Of a stretch of DNA of 64,000 nucleotides, positions 47,514-59,599 are shown one piece after another (the first letter of the stretch is position 1; the number at the start of each line of letters is the position of its first letter). The translations under genes were made by a program, and so were the position numbers. The stretch lies in NCBI GenBank assembly GCA_963789835.1, contig CAWBMF010000011.1, forward strand, positions 9,814 through 73,813, written 5' to 3'. The notes beneath the pieces are model-generated. The model searched no databases, was not told the DNA's origin, and worked only from the letters and a program-made list of their open reading frames with translations. The stretch comes from an uncultured delta proteobacterium. GTDB taxonomy: Bacteria > Desulfobacterota > Binatia > Binatales > Binataceae.

Positions 47514-50500
47514 GACGCTTGAGCGGGAATCGCCTCCGGCTCGACGCCTTTGTTTCGCCACTGGGCGAAGCGCGTCGCCATTCGATCGAAGGTCAGGAAA
47601 ATGACCGGCGTCGTGTACAGCGTGAGCACCTGGCTCACGAGCAGGCCGCCGACGATGGCGATACCCAGCGGGCGGCGCAACTCCGAGCCGACTCCGGTGC
47701 CCAACGCGAGCGGCAAGCCGCCGAGCAGCGCCGCCATCGTCGTCATCATGATTGGCCGGAAGCGCAGCAGGCAGGCCTGGTAGATCGCCTCGCGCGGAGG
47801 CTTGCCTTCACCGCGCTGAGCCTCGAGCGCGAAGTCGATCATCATGATCGCGTTCTTCTTCACGATACCTATCAGCAGGATGATGCCGATGAGCGCGATC
47901 ACGTTGAGATCCTGGCCGCAGATCATCAGCGCCAGGATCGCGCCGACGCCGGCCGAAGGCAGCGTCGAGAGAATCGTGACCGGGTGAATGTAACTCTCAT
48001 AGAGAACGCCGAGCACGATATACACGGTGACCAGCGCGGCAAGGATCAGCAGCGGTTCGTTCTTCAACGACGCGCGGAACGCAGCGGCGGTGCCCTGGAA
48101 CGAAGCCTCGATGCTCGCGGGCATCCCGATTTGCTCACGCGCCTGGTCGATGGCGGATACGGCGTCGCCCAGCGAGTAGCCCGACGCGAGATCGAACGAG
48201 ATCGTCACCGCGGGAAACTGACCCTCGTGATTGACTACCAGCGGCGCCGCGCCCGGCTCGAAATGCGTGAAGGCACTTAGCGGCACCTCGCCTCCCGTGT
48301 TCGAGCGAATATAGATGTCGTCGAGCGCGTGCGGATTGCGCTGGAACTGCGGCGCCACTTCCAGCACCACGTGATACTGGTTCAGCTGCGTGAACATCGT
48401 CGACACCTGCCGCTGTCCGAAGGCGTCGTACAAGGTGTTGTCGATGAGATTCGGCGTGATGCCGAGCCGCGACGCCGTCAGCCGATCGATGACCACATGC
48501 TCTTCCCAGCCGTCGTTCTGCTGGTCGGTCGCGACATTGCGCAGCGCAGGCAGCGTCTTGAGCTTGTCGACCAGTTTGTTGGTCCACAGATTCAACTCGT
48601 CGGCGCTCGGATCCTCGAGGCTGTACTGATACTGCGTGCGGCTCACGCGATCTTCGACCGTCAGATCCTGCACCGGCTGCAGGTAGAGTTGGATGCCGCT
48701 GACCGTCGCCAGTTTCGGCGCGAGGCGGTTGATAACGGTCGTAATGTCGACCTTGCGATCCTCGAGCGGCTTCAGATTGATCAGGATGCGTCCGCTGTTA
48801 ACCGTCGTGTTGGTGCCGTCGATGCCGACGAATGACGACAGGCTCTCGACCGCAGGGTCCTGCAAAATGATCTGCGCCAAAGACTGCTGCCCACGCACCA
48901 TCGCGGCGAACGACACATCCTGCGGCGCCTGCGAAACGCCCTGGATAACTCCGGTGTCCTGCACCGGAAAGAAGCCCTTGGGCACGACGATGTAGAGCAC
49001 GATGGTCAGCACCAGCGTTGCGATCGCGACCATCAGCGTCGCGAACTCGTGCTCAAGCACCCATTCGAGCGTGCGGCCGTAAAACGCGATCGTGTCGTCG
49101 AAGACTTTTTCCGACCTGCGATAGAACCAGGTCTGCTGATCCTTGGGCGTATGCTTGAGCAGTTTCGCGCTCATCATCGGCGTCAGCGTCAGCGAGACCA
49201 CCGCCGACATCAGGATGGTCACCGCCAGCGTGACGGCGAACTCGCGGAACAGGCGGCCGACGATGTCGCCCATGAACAGCAGCGGAATCAGCACGGCGAT
49301 CAGCGAGACGGTCAGCGACAGAATCGTGAAACCGATCTGCTCGGCGCCCTTGAGCGCGGCGTCCAGCGGCTTGTCGCCCTCCTCGATGAAGCGCGAGATA
49401 TTTTCGATCATGACGATGGCGTCGTCGACCACGAAGCCGGTCGAAATCGTCAGCGCCATCAGCGAGAGGTTGTCCAGGCTGTAGCCCAGCATGTACATGA
49501 CGCCGAAGGTGCCGATCAGCGACAGCGGCACGGCGATACTCGGGATGATCGTCGCCGACAGGCTGCGCAGGAACAGGAAGATGACCATCACGACCAGCGC
49601 CACCGTCAGCATCAGCTCGAACTCGACGTCCTTGACCGACGCGCGAATGGTGGTGGTGCGATCCGTCAGAATCTGCACCTTGACCGACGACGGCAGCGAC
49701 GCCTGCAAGCGCGGCATCAGCGCCTTGATCCGATCGACGACGGCGATAATGTTGGCGCCCGGCTGCCGCTGGACGTTGACGATCACCGCCGGCGTCAGGT
49801 TCATCCAGGCCGCGGCCTTGACGTTCTCGGCGTCGTCGACCGCGGTCGCGACGTCGGACAGCTTGACCGGCGCGCCGTTGTGATACGAGACGATCAGCGG
49901 CATGTAGTCCTGCGCCGCCAGTAGCTGGTCGTTGGCGCCAATCGTGTACGCCTGCTGCTTGCCGTCGAAGTTACCCTTGGCCTCGTCGACGTTGGCTGAG
50001 GATATCGCAGTCCGCAGGTCCTCCAGCGTCATTCCATATGATGCGAGCGAGGTCGGATTAGCCTGGATGCGGACCGAAGGCTTCTGGCCGCCGCCGATAC
50101 TGACCAGACCGACGCCCGGCAGTTGCGAGATTTTCTCGGCCAGGCGTGTGTCGGCCAGATCCTCGACCTGGTCGAGCGGCAGCTCCTTGGAGGTCAACGC
50201 CAGCGTAAGAATCGGCGTGTCGGCCGGATTGGTCTTGCTGTAAACGGGCGGGTTCGGGAGATCCGTCGGCAGATAAGTCGTCGCCGCGTTGATCGCCGCC
50301 TGCACTTCCTGCTCGGCCACGTCGATACTCAAGTTGAGATCGAACTGCAGCGTGATGACCGAGCTGCCGAACGAGCTGTTCGAGGTCATCTGCGTGAGCC
50401 CCGGCACCTCGCCGAATTGCCGCTCGAGCGGAGCCGTCACCGAGGACGCCATCACGTCCGGACTGCCGCCGGGGTAAAAGGTCACGACCTGGATGGTCGG

Positions 50501-50626
50501 ATAATCCACCTGCGGCAATGCCGAGACCGGCAGTTGTCCGTAGGCGACGAGCCCCGCCAGCAGCAGCCCGACCATCAACAGAGAAGTCGCGACCGGCCGC
50601 AGAATGAACGGGCGCGACAAACTCAC
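47510..50626 (-). CDS. mdtB: RND multidrug efflux permease, MdtB-like
   Basis: '[25 protein letters not shown]...[36 protein letters not shown]' closely tracks E. coli MdtB. Confidence 0.8.
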   Translation of the reverse strand: MSLSRPFILRPVATSLLMVGLLLAGLVAYGQLPVSALPQVDYPTIQVVTFYPGGSPDVMASSVTAPLERQFGEVPGLTQMTSNSSFGSSVITLQFDLNLSIDVAEQEVQAAINAATTYLPTDLPNPPVYSKTNPADTPILTLALTSKELPLDQVEDLADTRLAEKISQLPGVGLVSIGGGQKPSVRIQANPTSLASYGMTLEDLRTAISSANVDEAKGNFDGKQQAYTIGANDQLLAAQDYMPLIVSYHNGAPVKLSDVATAVDDAENVKAAAWMNLTPAVIVNVQRQPGANIIAVVDRIKALMPRLQASLPSSVKVQILTDRTTTIRASVKDVEFELMLTVALVVMVIFLFLRSLSATIIPSIAVPLSLIGTFGVMYMLGYSLDNLSLMALTISTGFVVDDAIVMIENISRFIEEGDKPLDAALKGAEQIGFTILSLTVSLIAVLIPLLFMGDIVGRLFREFAVTLAVTILMSAVVSLTLTPMMSAKLLKHTPKDQQTWFYRRSEKVFDDTIAFYGRTLEWVLEHEFATLMVAIATLVLTIVLYIVVPKGFFPVQDTGVIQGVSQAPQDVSFAAMVRGQQSLAQIILQDPAVESLSSFVGIDGTNTTVNSGRILINLKPLEDRKVDITTVINRLAPKLATVSGIQLYLQPVQDLTVEDRVSRTQYQYSLEDPSADELNLWTNKLVDKLKTLPALRNVATDQQNDGWEEHVVIDRLTASRLGITPNLIDNTLYDAFGQRQVSTMFTQLNQYHVVLEVAPQFQRNPHALDDIYIRSNTGGEVPLSAFTHFEPGAAPLVVNHEGQFPAVTISFDLASGYSLGDAVSAIDQAREQIGMPASIEASFQGTAAAFRASLKNEPLLILAALVTVYIVLGVLYESYIHPVTILSTLPSAGVGAILALMICGQDLNVIALIGIILLIGIVKKNAIMMIDFALEAQRGEGKPPREAIYQACLLRFRPIMMTTMAALLGGLPLALGTGVGSELRRPLGIAIVGGLLVSQVLTLYTTPVIFLTFDRMATRFAQWRNKGVEPEAIPAQAS

Positions 50627-51927
50627 GGATTGGCTCCGGGTCCCGAGGGCGCAGCCGCCGCGTTTCCTGGCGCCGCGTTCGCGGGCGGCATCGCGGCGAG
50701 TTGCATATTCACGTGCGCGCCCTGCTGCAGCTTGTCGACGCCGTCGGTCACGACCAGCTGTCCCGGCGTAAGGCCCTTGGCGATAGCAACGATGTCCCCT
50801 TGCGTCGCTTGCACCGTCACCATCTGCATCGTGACGGTCTTGTCCGGCTTGACGACGTAGACGAACGATCCCTGCTGGCTGCGCTGCAGTCCGGCGGCCG
50901 GGATCAGAGTCGCATTGGGGATAGTGTCGACGAGCAACTGCGCGTTGACGAATTGATTGGGGAACAGCGAATTGTCCTCGTTGGGAAATGCCGCCTTGAG
51001 CTTGATAGTGCCGGTGGACTGATCGATCTGATTGTCGGTCGTCAGCAGCGCTCCCTCGGCGAGTTTGTGCTTGATGTCGCGATCGTAAGCCACGACCGGC
51101 AACTGCGGATTGGCCTTCATCGCCTTCTCGAGTTTCGGCAGATCGTCTTCCGGGATACTGAAGTCGACCGCGATCGGCTGCAGTTGCGTAATCACCGCGA
51201 GCCCGGTCGTGTCGGTCGCATGAATGATATTGCCCGGGTCCTGCAGCCGGAGCCCGACGCGCCCTGAAATCGGCGACGTGATCTTGCTGTAGGTCAGTTG
51301 CAGCTTGGCGTTGTCGACCGCGCCCTTATCGCTCTCGATCGAGCCGGCATACTGGCCGACCAGCGCTTCCTGGTTGTCGAGGTCCTGCCGCGCGATCACT
51401 TTCTGCGCGTAAAGTTCCTTGTCGCGCGCGTAGAGAATTTTGTTGTTTTCGAGCGTCGCCAGATCCTTCGCCAGCGTGCCCTGCGCCTGTTCGAGCTGCA
51501 CCTGGTACGGACGCGGATCGATCTCAGCCAGCACGTCGCCGGCTTTTACAATCTGCCCTTCGGTAAAATTTACCTTGTTGAGCTGCCCGTCGACCCGGCT
51601 CTTGATAGTGACCGTGTTGTACGCCGTCACCGTTCCGATGGCGTTGATGTACTGATTCAGATCGCCTTGTGTCGCCGCTACCGCCGCGACCGGCACGGGT
51701 GCATGTACGACGGCGGCAGTGGTCGAAGAATCGGTGCTACTGCCAGCACTAAAATGGTGAATAGCGAATATCGCGACGAGCAGGACGATCGCCCACCGCA
51801 GCCAATGCTGCTTAACATTTTCGATCCAACCAGGCATTTCTGCATTCTGCACAAATCGCGTGGCGTTGGGCTTTCCGGTCGTCGGGGCGTCTGAATCCAT
51901 CATGGTCTCCGTCGCAATCCTCTCCAA
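50623..51927 (-). CDS. mdtA: RND efflux periplasmic adaptor (membrane fusion protein), MdtA-like
   Basis: Single N-terminal TM helix; lipoyl/beta-barrel segments '[24 protein letters not shown]'; overlaps mdtB; the start is uncertain ('MMDSDAP' is an alternative). Confidence 0.75.
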   Translation of the reverse strand: MERIATETMMDSDAPTTGKPNATRFVQNAEMPGWIENVKQHWLRWAIVLLVAIFAIHHFSAGSSTDSSTTAAVVHAPVPVAAVAATQGDLNQYINAIGTVTAYNTVTIKSRVDGQLNKVNFTEGQIVKAGDVLAEIDPRPYQVQLEQAQGTLAKDLATLENNKILYARDKELYAQKVIARQDLDNQEALVGQYAGSIESDKGAVDNAKLQLTYSKITSPISGRVGLRLQDPGNIIHATDTTGLAVITQLQPIAVDFSIPEDDLPKLEKAMKANPQLPVVAYDRDIKHKLAEGALLTTDNQIDQSTGTIKLKAAFPNEDNSLFPNQFVNAQLLVDTIPNATLIPAAGLQRSQQGSFVYVVKPDKTVTMQMVTVQATQGDIVAIAKGLTPGQLVVTDGVDKLQQGAHVNMQLAAMPPANAAPGNAAAAPSGPGANP

Positions 51928-52073
51928 GCTAGCAAATGCCGATCCTACCTTTCTAATTTAATCATTCTTGCAATTTTGGACCCGCCAGTCCATATTTGAG
52001 ATGTGCCGCAGGCGACTGCGTTATCTACGAATCCAATGCTCGAAGGTTTCCGCTAGTGCCCGTCAAACGTCAA

Positions 52074-52685
52074 ATGGTTTCGCCGGCGATTCGCCGCAAA
52101 GACGGCCGCGGCAGGCCGGCCACCCCGTTCCTGCGCGAGAGAATTTTACAGAGTGCGGCAGAACTCTTCGCCGAGAGGGAATTCGAACTCGTGCTGATCG
52201 ATGAAGTGGCGGCACGCGCCGGCGTCGGCAAAGGCAGCGTTTACCGGCAGTTCAGATCGAAGGAAGAGCTCTACGCGGCGGCGGTGATTGGCGGATTCGC
52301 CGAACTGCAGCGCGAAATTCGCGTGGCGCTGGCCGGATGCAACTCGGTGCGTGAACAGATCGCGACGATCGTGCGGCGCGCTCTCATATTCTTCCGCAGC
52401 CGTCGCCAGTTCTTCGCCATGCTGCGCGATCCCAAGGCCTTGCCGCCCTCGCAGGAGCGCCAGTATCGCGATCAGCGCAACGAGTTGTCGCGATTGATCA
52501 GTGGAGTTCTCGACGAAGGCGTCAAACGCGGCGCGGTGAAGGCCGGCATCGACACCCGCATCGCGGCCGAATCTCTGCTCGGCATGATGCGCGGCATCAA
52601 CCGCTACGGCCGCGACTACGCAACGGCGGACCGCGCCGTCGACATCGTCATCTCAATCTTCCTCGACGGCTACGCTGCGCGCTAA
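52074..52685 (+). CDS. TetR family transcriptional regulator (probable repressor of the mdt operon)
   Basis: 'LQSAAELFAEREFELVLIDEVAARAGVGKGSVYRQFRSKEELY' HTH; divergent from mdtA; start at 'MVSPAIRR'. Confidence 0.8.
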   Translation: MVSPAIRRKDGRGRPATPFLRERILQSAAELFAEREFELVLIDEVAARAGVGKGSVYRQFRSKEELYAAAVIGGFAELQREIRVALAGCNSVREQIATIVRRALIFFRSRRQFFAMLRDPKALPPSQERQYRDQRNELSRLISGVLDEGVKRGAVKAGIDTRIAAESLLGMMRGINRYGRDYATADRAVDIVISIFLDGYAAR

Positions 52686-52719
52686 GATCGCGGCGATTCG
52701 GAAACTCGAAGAGGCCCAC

Positions 52720-53202
52720 ATGCAGGATCTGCTGCCACTCGCTGATAAAATCGCCGCGATTCTCAAAGAGCGTCGCGAAAATATCGCCGTCGCCGAATCC
52801 ACCACCGGCGGACTCGTCTCGGCCGCGCTGCTGAGCGTCCCCGGTGCGTCGACGTACTTCGTCGGCGGCGCCGTCGTTTACACGCTCAAGGCGAGGCGCG
52901 CGATGCTCGACATTCCCGACAACGCCTTCGCCGGCATCAAGTCGGTCACCGAAGAAGGCGCAATGATCCTCGCGCGCGCCGCGCGCACCCGTTTCGCCGT
53001 CACCTGGAGCATCGCGGAAATCGGCGCCAGCGGCCCGACCGGCAATCGCTACGGCGACGCTGCGGGCCACAGTTGCATCGCAGTGGCCGGCCCGGTCGAG
53101 CGCTCGATGACAATCGAAACAGGGAAGGCAGATCGCGTCGCCAACATGCGCACCTTCAGCGTGGCCGCCCTGAATCTTCTAATTGATTGCCTTGGCCGTT
53201 GA
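52720..53202 (+). CDS. pncC: CinA C-terminal domain protein (PncC-like nicotinamide-nucleotide amidohydrolase)
   Basis: 'NIAVAESTTGGLVSAALLSVPGASTYFVGGAVVY' CinA_C signature. Confidence 0.75.
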   Translation: MQDLLPLADKIAAILKERRENIAVAESTTGGLVSAALLSVPGASTYFVGGAVVYTLKARRAMLDIPDNAFAGIKSVTEEGAMILARAARTRFAVTWSIAEIGASGPTGNRYGDAAGHSCIAVAGPVERSMTIETGKADRVANMRTFSVAALNLLIDCLGR

Positions 53203-53456
53203 CTTGGAGGCTTTGCATGGGTAGCGTTTTAGCTGAGCTTCCGCACTGAGGACGCTGAGACGGGCTGGGTGGATGAATCCCGTTTCCCTGCGGTCCGTAA
53301 TTCCGAACTTGAACTCAAGGCGTTTGTTGTTCCGAATCCCGACCGCTTGATTACTCAATCTATAATGGTATCTCCCGTCCGCGGGAGCCCATTGGAACAA
53401 ACGTTCATAACCTGCGATACGCGCGTCCGTAAGGGGCGGCGAGTTGCAGAATCTAA

Positions 53457-54878
53457 ATGATGGAGTCCAGGTTGCGGGGAAGGCATATGTCCAAGGGCAG
53501 ACACGTTGCGAAGACCGAAGAAGGTCGCTTCGACGATCCGCGTTCGACCAACGGCACACCGCGGCAGGTAAATCTCGACAGCAATCCGAATCTGCCGCCG
53601 CCGGCGCCGGTGATCAGCGAAGAAGGGGTGCTCAACCTCAAGTCGCTCAAGCGTGCGAAGATAACAGAGCTGGCGCAGATGGCGCGCGACTTCAACGTCG
53701 ACGGCGCCACCAACATGCGCAAGCAGGAGATGATCTTTGCGGTGCTGCAGGCGCAGGCCGCCAAGAACGGATCGATCCTCGGCGAGGGCGTGCTGGAAAT
53801 CCTGCCCGACGGCTTCGGCTTCCTGCGCGCGCCGGATTACAACTACCTGCCGGGTCCCGACGACATTTATATTTCGCCGAGCCAGATTCGGAAGTTCAAT
53901 CTGCGCACGGGCGACGTCGTTTCCGGACTGATTCGGCCGCCGAAAGAAGGCGAGCGATATTTCGCGCTGCTCAAGGTTGAATCGATCAACTACGAGGATC
54001 CGGAAAAGGCGCGCGACAAAATCCTGTTCGACAACCTGACGCCGCTGTATCCCGAGGAGCGGATCAAGCTCGAATACAATCACGAAGATTTGACCACGCG
54101 CATAATCGATCTGGTCGCGCCGATTGGCAAAGGGCAGCGCGGTCTTATCGTCGCGGCGCCGTTCACCGGCAAGACAATGATGCTGCAGGCGATCGCGAAA
54201 GCGATTGCGCATAATCATCCGGAGATCGTGCTGATCGTGCTGCTGGTCGATGAGCGGCCCGAGGAAGTCACCGACATGCTGCGTTCGGTGCAGGGCGAGG
54301 TCGTCAGCTCGACCTTCGACGAGCCGGCGACGCGTCACGTGCAGGTGGCAGAGATGGTGATCGAGAAAGCGCGGCGGCTGGTCGAGCACGGGCGCGACGT
54401 CGTGATCCTGCTCGATTCGATTACGCGCCTGGCGCGCGCATACAATACCGTGGTGCCGCCATCGGGAAAGATCCTGTCGGGCGGCGTCGATTCCAATGCG
54501 CTGCACAAGCCGAAGAAATTCTTTGGCGCGGCGCGCAACACCGAAGACGGCGGCAGCCTGACGATTATCGCGACGGCGCTGGTCGATACCGGCAGCCGGA
54601 TGGACGAAGTTATTTTCGAAGAGTTCAAGGGCACCGGCAATCAGCAGATTGCGCTGGACCGGCGCCTGCTGGAAAAGCGGATTTTCCCGACGATCGATAT
54701 TCAACGTTCGTCGACGCGCAAGGAAGAATTGCTGCTGCCGCGCGCCACGCTGAATCGCGTGTGGATTTTGCGCAAGCTGCTGACCCAGCTGAACGCGGTC
54801 GAGGCGATGGAATTTTTGATCGACAAGATGGATAAGACCAAGACCAACGAGGAGTTCCTCGAGTCGATGAACGCGTAG
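53457..54878 (+). CDS. rho: transcription termination factor Rho
   Basis: '[12 protein letters not shown]...[16 protein letters not shown]' cold-shock domain; '[24 protein letters not shown]' P-loop; the first ~60 aa form an N-terminal extension, so the exact start is uncertain. Confidence 0.9.
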   Translation: MMESRLRGRHMSKGRHVAKTEEGRFDDPRSTNGTPRQVNLDSNPNLPPPAPVISEEGVLNLKSLKRAKITELAQMARDFNVDGATNMRKQEMIFAVLQAQAAKNGSILGEGVLEILPDGFGFLRAPDYNYLPGPDDIYISPSQIRKFNLRTGDVVSGLIRPPKEGERYFALLKVESINYEDPEKARDKILFDNLTPLYPEERIKLEYNHEDLTTRIIDLVAPIGKGQRGLIVAAPFTGKTMMLQAIAKAIAHNHPEIVLIVLLVDERPEEVTDMLRSVQGEVVSSTFDEPATRHVQVAEMVIEKARRLVEHGRDVVILLDSITRLARAYNTVVPPSGKILSGGVDSNALHKPKKFFGAARNTEDGGSLTIIATALVDTGSRMDEVIFEEFKGTGNQQIALDRRLLEKRIFPTIDIQRSSTRKEELLLPRATLNRVWILRKLLTQLNAVEAMEFLIDKMDKTKTNEEFLESMNA

Positions 54879-54930
54879 GGAGCCGGCGGAGTATTAATTT
54901 CCCAAGCGAAGTGGCGTATAACTCTTCGCT

Positions 54931-55272
54931 GTGAGTCACCGGAATAGCCGCCACCTCGCGGCGCTCGCATTGGTGGGTTGGTATCTGATGATGCCGCCCG
55001 ATTCGGCCAAGATCCCGCATGACGTTGAGGCCGAGGCCCCGCTCTCGCGCTGGGTCTATGTCGCCAGTTATGACAGCGAAGATCACTGCGAGAAGGCGCT
55101 GACCAACATTCAGAACAGCGAGCAGGACCCGATCACGCTCGACAAGACGGGAAGACTCAAGCGGTATGACAGGAACGACGCCGCGTTGGGCAAGGCGCGC
55201 GCTCTCAATGCGGGCTGCGTCGCGAGCGACGATATCCGCCTGAAGGGAGTCAGGACGACAAAATCAAAGTAA
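54931..55272 (+). CDS. hypothetical protein, possibly exported
   Basis: 113-aa ORF with a hydrophobic N-terminus 'HLAALALVGWYLMM'; no recognisable family. Confidence 0.3.
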   Translation: MSHRNSRHLAALALVGWYLMMPPDSAKIPHDVEAEAPLSRWVYVASYDSEDHCEKALTNIQNSEQDPITLDKTGRLKRYDRNDAALGKARALNAGCVASDDIRLKGVRTTKSK

Positions 55273-55445
55273 GCGGGACGCGGATGCTGTCTGAATTAAG
55301 ACACCGAGCGCGGCAAACTAAGACACAGGGCCTATATTTCCCCCGACGGAAAAGTGGAACTGCAGCCTCGCCACGCAGCCCGTGCTCGCGCTTCGCTGGC
55401 TTGGGTGCTAGACCTTACTGGAACCAAAATTAATGGAGAGCGCTG

Positions 55446-55670
55446 ATGCCGTTTGTAAACGTAAAAATAATTGAGGGCGTGTTCACTGAAGCACAGAAGC
55501 GTGAGATGGTTCACAAACTCACCGAGACAATGGTTTCAATCGAAGGTGAGAATATGCGCCCTGTCACTTGGGTCGTAATTGAAGAGGTCAAAAGCGGCGA
55601 TTGGGGCATAGCAGGGAAGCCCCTTACGACCGAAGACGTTAAGGCTCTTGCCGCAGGCAAATCGCGCTAA
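55446..55670 (+). CDS. 4-oxalocrotonate tautomerase family enzyme
   Basis: '[11 protein letters not shown]' with catalytic Pro1; 74 aa; GGAG ribosome-binding site upstream. Confidence 0.75.
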   Translation: MPFVNVKIIEGVFTEAQKREMVHKLTETMVSIEGENMRPVTWVVIEEVKSGDWGIAGKPLTTEDVKALAAGKSR

Positions 55671-55861
55671 CGCCGTCTCTTGTCGGCTTCAAATTCTCCG
55701 TTCGTCCGAGCAAATTAAGCCGCCTGCGGTTTGAAATTCAGCCACTCAACCCCGAATTAAGACAGTACCGGGACGCGTTGGGCGCTTTCGCGGCGCGGCG
55801 CGGCCTGATATTACTTCAAGATTGCCCCGGCTACGGGGCCAAGAGGCAAGGACAAAATTCT

Positions 55862-56647
55862 ATGACTGAAATCAGCATGAAGCAGCTCCTGGAGGCCGGA
55901 GTTCATTTTGGCCATCAGACCAGCCGCTGGAACCCGAAGATGAAGCAATACATTTTCGGCGCCCGCAACGGTATCTACATTATCGATCTGCAGCAGACGG
56001 TGAAGATGTTTCGCGCGACCTTCGACTTCGCGCGCGACCTCGCGGCGGCGGGCGGCACGATGCTGTTCGTCGGCACCAAGAAGCAGGCGCAGGACATCGT
56101 CAAGGAAGAAGCCGAGCGCTGCGGGATGTACTACGTCAATAATCGCTGGCTCGGCGGGATGCTGACCAACTTCCAGACTATTCGCGCGTCGATCGACCGG
56201 CTCAAGAAGCTCGAAGAAACGATGGCCGACCCGGAGATGATCAAGGCGTTGACCAAGAAAGAGATGAGCGACAACGGCCGCGAGCATGAGAAGCTGATGG
56301 CGACGTTGGCCGGAATCAAGAACATGCGCAAGCTGCCGGACGCGCTGTGGGTGATCGACACCAAGAAGGAAGATATCGCGGTGGCGGAGGCGAACCGTCT
56401 TGGGATTCCGGTGGCGGCGGTGGTCGATACCAACTGCGACCCGGATCTTATTGCGTATCGAATCCCCGGCAACGACGACGCGATTCGTGCGATCAAGCTG
56501 TTCACGGCTGCGGTGGCCGACGCGATACTCGAAGGCAAGCAAATCGCGGAGGAACGCGCCAAGGGGCAGCAGGATGCTCGCTCGGACGCAGGCGTATCGA
56601 CGGCAGACGCGGGGGCGTCGGCGCCCGATTCTCCAAGCGCGGTCTAG
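55862..56647 (+). CDS. rpsB: 30S ribosomal protein S2
   Basis: '[22 protein letters not shown]' conserved N-terminus; an acidic C-terminal tail. Confidence 0.9.
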   Translation: MTEISMKQLLEAGVHFGHQTSRWNPKMKQYIFGARNGIYIIDLQQTVKMFRATFDFARDLAAAGGTMLFVGTKKQAQDIVKEEAERCGMYYVNNRWLGGMLTNFQTIRASIDRLKKLEETMADPEMIKALTKKEMSDNGREHEKLMATLAGIKNMRKLPDALWVIDTKKEDIAVAEANRLGIPVAAVVDTNCDPDLIAYRIPGNDDAIRAIKLFTAAVADAILEGKQIAEERAKGQQDARSDAGVSTADAGASAPDSPSAV

Positions 56648-56754
56648 TCAATATTTCACCGATAAACTCGGGACTTCGGACCGCAAATAACGGCCGTCGC
56701 TTGCAGTAGAGCGACCGGCCAAGAATACTAACTCAACCCAGGAATTGTATTGTC

Positions 56755-57387
56755 ATGGAACTAAACGCAAATCAGGTTAAGGAACTGCGCGAGAAAACCG
56801 GCGCGGGCATCATGGACTGCAAGCGGGCGCTGTCGGAAGCGGCGGGCGACCTCGAGAAGGCGGTCGTGTGGCTGCGCGAGAAGGGAATCGCCGCGGCGGC
56901 GGGCCGCGCGGGCCGGGTCGCGTCGGAGGGATCGGTCGGTTCGTATATCCATGCGGGCGGCAAAATCGGCGTGCTGATCGAAGTAAATTGCGAGACCGAT
57001 TTCTGCGCCAAGTCGGAAGCGTTCCAGGCGCTGGTGAAGAATCTCGCGATGCAGGTGGCGGCGTCTCCGAGTACTCGATGCGTGCGGCGCGAGGAAGTGC
57101 CGGCGTCTGTCATCGAGCAGGAGCGGCAGATCTACGCGTCGCAGGCCGAGGGCAAGCCGGCCGCGGTGGTGGCGAAGATCGTCGAGGGCAAGCTCGAGAA
57201 ATTTTACAAGGAAGCGTGCCTGCTCGAGCAGCCTTACGTTCGCGATCCGAGCGGCAACAAGACGATCAACGATTTGATTGGCGAGGCGGCGCTGCAGATG
57301 CGCGAGAAGATCGACGTGCGGCGCTTCGCGCGCTACCAGTTGGGTGAGGCGCTCGAAGGCAAGGCGACGACTACGGCGGCCGCCTGA
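56755..57387 (+). CDS. tsf: translation elongation factor Ts
   Basis: 'VKELREKTGAGIMDCKRAL' UBA-like N-terminus and 'IGVLIEVNCETDF'; short-form EF-Ts. Confidence 0.9.
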   Translation: MELNANQVKELREKTGAGIMDCKRALSEAAGDLEKAVVWLREKGIAAAAGRAGRVASEGSVGSYIHAGGKIGVLIEVNCETDFCAKSEAFQALVKNLAMQVAASPSTRCVRREEVPASVIEQERQIYASQAEGKPAAVVAKIVEGKLEKFYKEACLLEQPYVRDPSGNKTINDLIGEAALQMREKIDVRRFARYQLGEALEGKATTTAAA

Positions 57388-57453
57388 CGCGGGCCGCATT
57401 TGCGCGACGGTACGGGGCTTCGACGACAGGTACATCGACGGGAGCTTCGACAA

Positions 57454-58203
57454 ATGGCTGAAGTTCAAGATGCGACGGATGTGAAGCCGCGCTTCAGCCG
57501 TATCCTGCTCAAACTTTCCGGCGAGGCGCTCGCGCCGGCGCAGGGGTCGGGACTCGACCTCGACGCATTGGCCGAGATTGCGCTCGAAATCAAGGAAGTG
57601 GCGGCGCTCGGCGTGCAGCTCGCGATGGTAATCGGCGCCGGCAATTACATCCGGGGCAGCGACTACGAATCGCGCGGGATGGATCGCTCGACTGCAGATC
57701 AGATGGGCATGCTGGCGACCGTTATCAACGCGCTCGCGCTGCAGAACGCGCTCGAGGGTGTGGGAGTCGTCACGCGCGTGCTGTCGGCGATCGAGATGCA
57801 GGCGCTGTGCGAGCCGTATATACGGCGGCGCGCAGTACGGCATCTCGAGAAGGGCCGCGTCATCATATTCGCGGCCGGCACCGGCAATCCTTATTTCACC
57901 ACCGACACGGCGGCGAGCCTGCGCGCGATGGAAATCGGCGCCGAGGTGATCCTCAAGGCGAGCCATACGGTGGACGGCGTTTACGATCGCGATCCGATGC
58001 GCGAGCCGGGCGCCAAGAAGTTCGATCGGCTGACTTATATCGAGGTGCTGCAGAAAAATCTCAAGGTGATGGACTCGACCGCCATCTCGATGTGCATGGA
58101 TAATCGATTGCCGATCATCGTGTTCAATCTGCGCAAAGTCGGTAATATAAGAAGGGCCGTGATGGGCGAGCAAATCGGGACCCGGGTGGAGAGTGCACCG
58201 TGA
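57454..58203 (+). CDS. pyrH: UMP kinase
   Basis: '[11 protein letters not shown]' and 'VIGAGN' motifs; start at 'MAEVQDATD'. Confidence 0.9.
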   Translation: MAEVQDATDVKPRFSRILLKLSGEALAPAQGSGLDLDALAEIALEIKEVAALGVQLAMVIGAGNYIRGSDYESRGMDRSTADQMGMLATVINALALQNALEGVGVVTRVLSAIEMQALCEPYIRRRAVRHLEKGRVIIFAAGTGNPYFTTDTAASLRAMEIGAEVILKASHTVDGVYDRDPMREPGAKKFDRLTYIEVLQKNLKVMDSTAISMCMDNRLPIIVFNLRKVGNIRRAVMGEQIGTRVESAP

Positions 58204-58763
58204 GCATGCTTACGGACACAATCGAAGACGCGCGCAAGGAAATGGACAAGACGGTCGAGGCGTTTCGCCACGAGCTGGCGCGGGTGCGCACCGGGCGCGC
58301 GTCGACGGCGCTGGTCGAGAATCTGCAGGTGAATTACTACGGATCGAAGACGCCGCTGCGGCAGCTGGCGGGGCTGTCGGCGCCGGAGCCGCGCTTGATC
58401 GTGATCACCCCGTACGACAAGGGCGCGATGCACGATATCGAGAAGGCAATCCAGACTTCCGACCTTGGACTCCAGCCGATGAATGACGGCAAGATAATCC
58501 GGATACCGATTCCGGAGCTGACCGAGGAGCGGCGCAAGGACCTGGTCAAGCACGTGCGCAAAATCGGCGAGGAGTTCCGCGTCGGCATCCGCAACCATAG
58601 GCGCGACGCCAACGACATGCTCAAGGAACTGCACAAGGACAAAGAGGCGACGGAGGACGAGATGAGGGCGGGGGAGGCCAAGGTGCAGACGTACACGACC
58701 GAGTTCATCGAAAAAATCGACAAAGTGCTGACCGCCAAAGAAGCGGAAATCATGGAGGTCTGA
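58200..58763 (+). CDS. frr: ribosome recycling factor
   Basis: '[21 protein letters not shown]...[10 protein letters not shown]'; 4-nt overlap with pyrH. Confidence 0.9.
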   Translation: MSMLTDTIEDARKEMDKTVEAFRHELARVRTGRASTALVENLQVNYYGSKTPLRQLAGLSAPEPRLIVITPYDKGAMHDIEKAIQTSDLGLQPMNDGKIIRIPIPELTEERRKDLVKHVRKIGEEFRVGIRNHRRDANDMLKELHKDKEATEDEMRAGEAKVQTYTTEFIEKIDKVLTAKEAEIMEV

Positions 58764-58813
58764 GCGCGCTCGCGGCAACGTTTGAGCGGCGACTCAGGTT
58801 AAGACTGCCTCAA

Positions 58814-59599
58814 GTGGCAATCTCACTACCACTAAACGATTTCCCCAACCTGTCTTTGGATCCATCGCGGCTGCCGCGTCACGTGGCGATCGTGATGGAC
58901 GGCAATGGCCGCTGGGCAAACCGGCGCGGCCTGTCGCGCCACGAAGGGCATCGGCGCGGCAAGGATTCAGTGCGTGCGGTGGTCGACGCGGCGCGCGAAC
59001 TCGGCATCCCGTATCTCACGCTGTACGCATTCTCGAGCGAGAACTGGGGCCGCCCGACGACCGAAGTCAGCTTCCTGATGAGCCTGTTCCATCGCTATCT
59101 GTTCACCGAGACCAAGCGGCTGATGAAGCGCGATATCCGCGTGGTGGCGCTGGGAGATACCGAGCGTCTGCCGCCGCGAGTGCGCGAAGCGCTGGCCGAG
59201 ACGGTCGCGGCGACGCGCGAGAATCGCACGATGACGGTGGCGCTGGCGTTGTCGTACGGGGGCAGGCAGGACATCGTCAATGCGGCGCGATCGATTGCCC
59301 GCGCGGTGGCGGAGGGCGCGCTGTCGCCGGAGCAGATCGACGAGCAACTGGTCGCGCGCGAACTGACTACGACGGGCCTGCCCGATCCCGACCTGCTGAT
59401 TCGAACTTCGGGCGAGCTGCGCGTGTCGAATTTTTTTCTCTATCAACTCGCCTACACCGAACTCTATTTCACCGACACGCTGTGGCCCGATTTCCGCGAG
59501 CGCGAGTTCCTGAGCGCGATCGCGGCCTACCAGCTTCGCGAGCGCCGCTTCGGCGCGGTCACTAACGGCTCCGACACCCGCCTGCGTGCTCAGAACTAG
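58814..59599 (+). CDS. uppS: undecaprenyl diphosphate synthase (isoprenyl transferase)
   Basis: 'HVAIVMDGNGRWA' and 'LTLYAFSSENWGRP' motifs. Confidence 0.9.
   Translation: MAISLPLNDFPNLSLDPSRLPRHVAIVMDGNGRWANRRGLSRHEGHRRGKDSVRAVVDAARELGIPYLTLYAFSSENWGRPTTEVSFLMSLFHRYLFTETKRLMKRDIRVVALGDTERLPPRVREALAETVAATRENRTMTVALALSYGGRQDIVNAARSIARAVAEGALSPEQIDEQLVARELTTTGLPDPDLLIRTSGELRVSNFFLYQLAYTELYFTDTLWPDFREREFLSAIAAYQLRERRFGAVTNGSDTRLRAQN

Noticed and set aside
53355-54704. 449-aa ORF on the minus strand
   Set aside because: It lies entirely antisense to rho, whose protein motifs are unambiguous. Long antisense ORFs are expected at about 65% GC, and it has no recognisable domains.
56761-58173. 470-aa minus-strand ORF
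   Set aside because: Antisense to tsf and pyrH, which have clear conserved signatures; Arg/Ala-rich low-complexity translation typical of GC-rich shadow ORFs.
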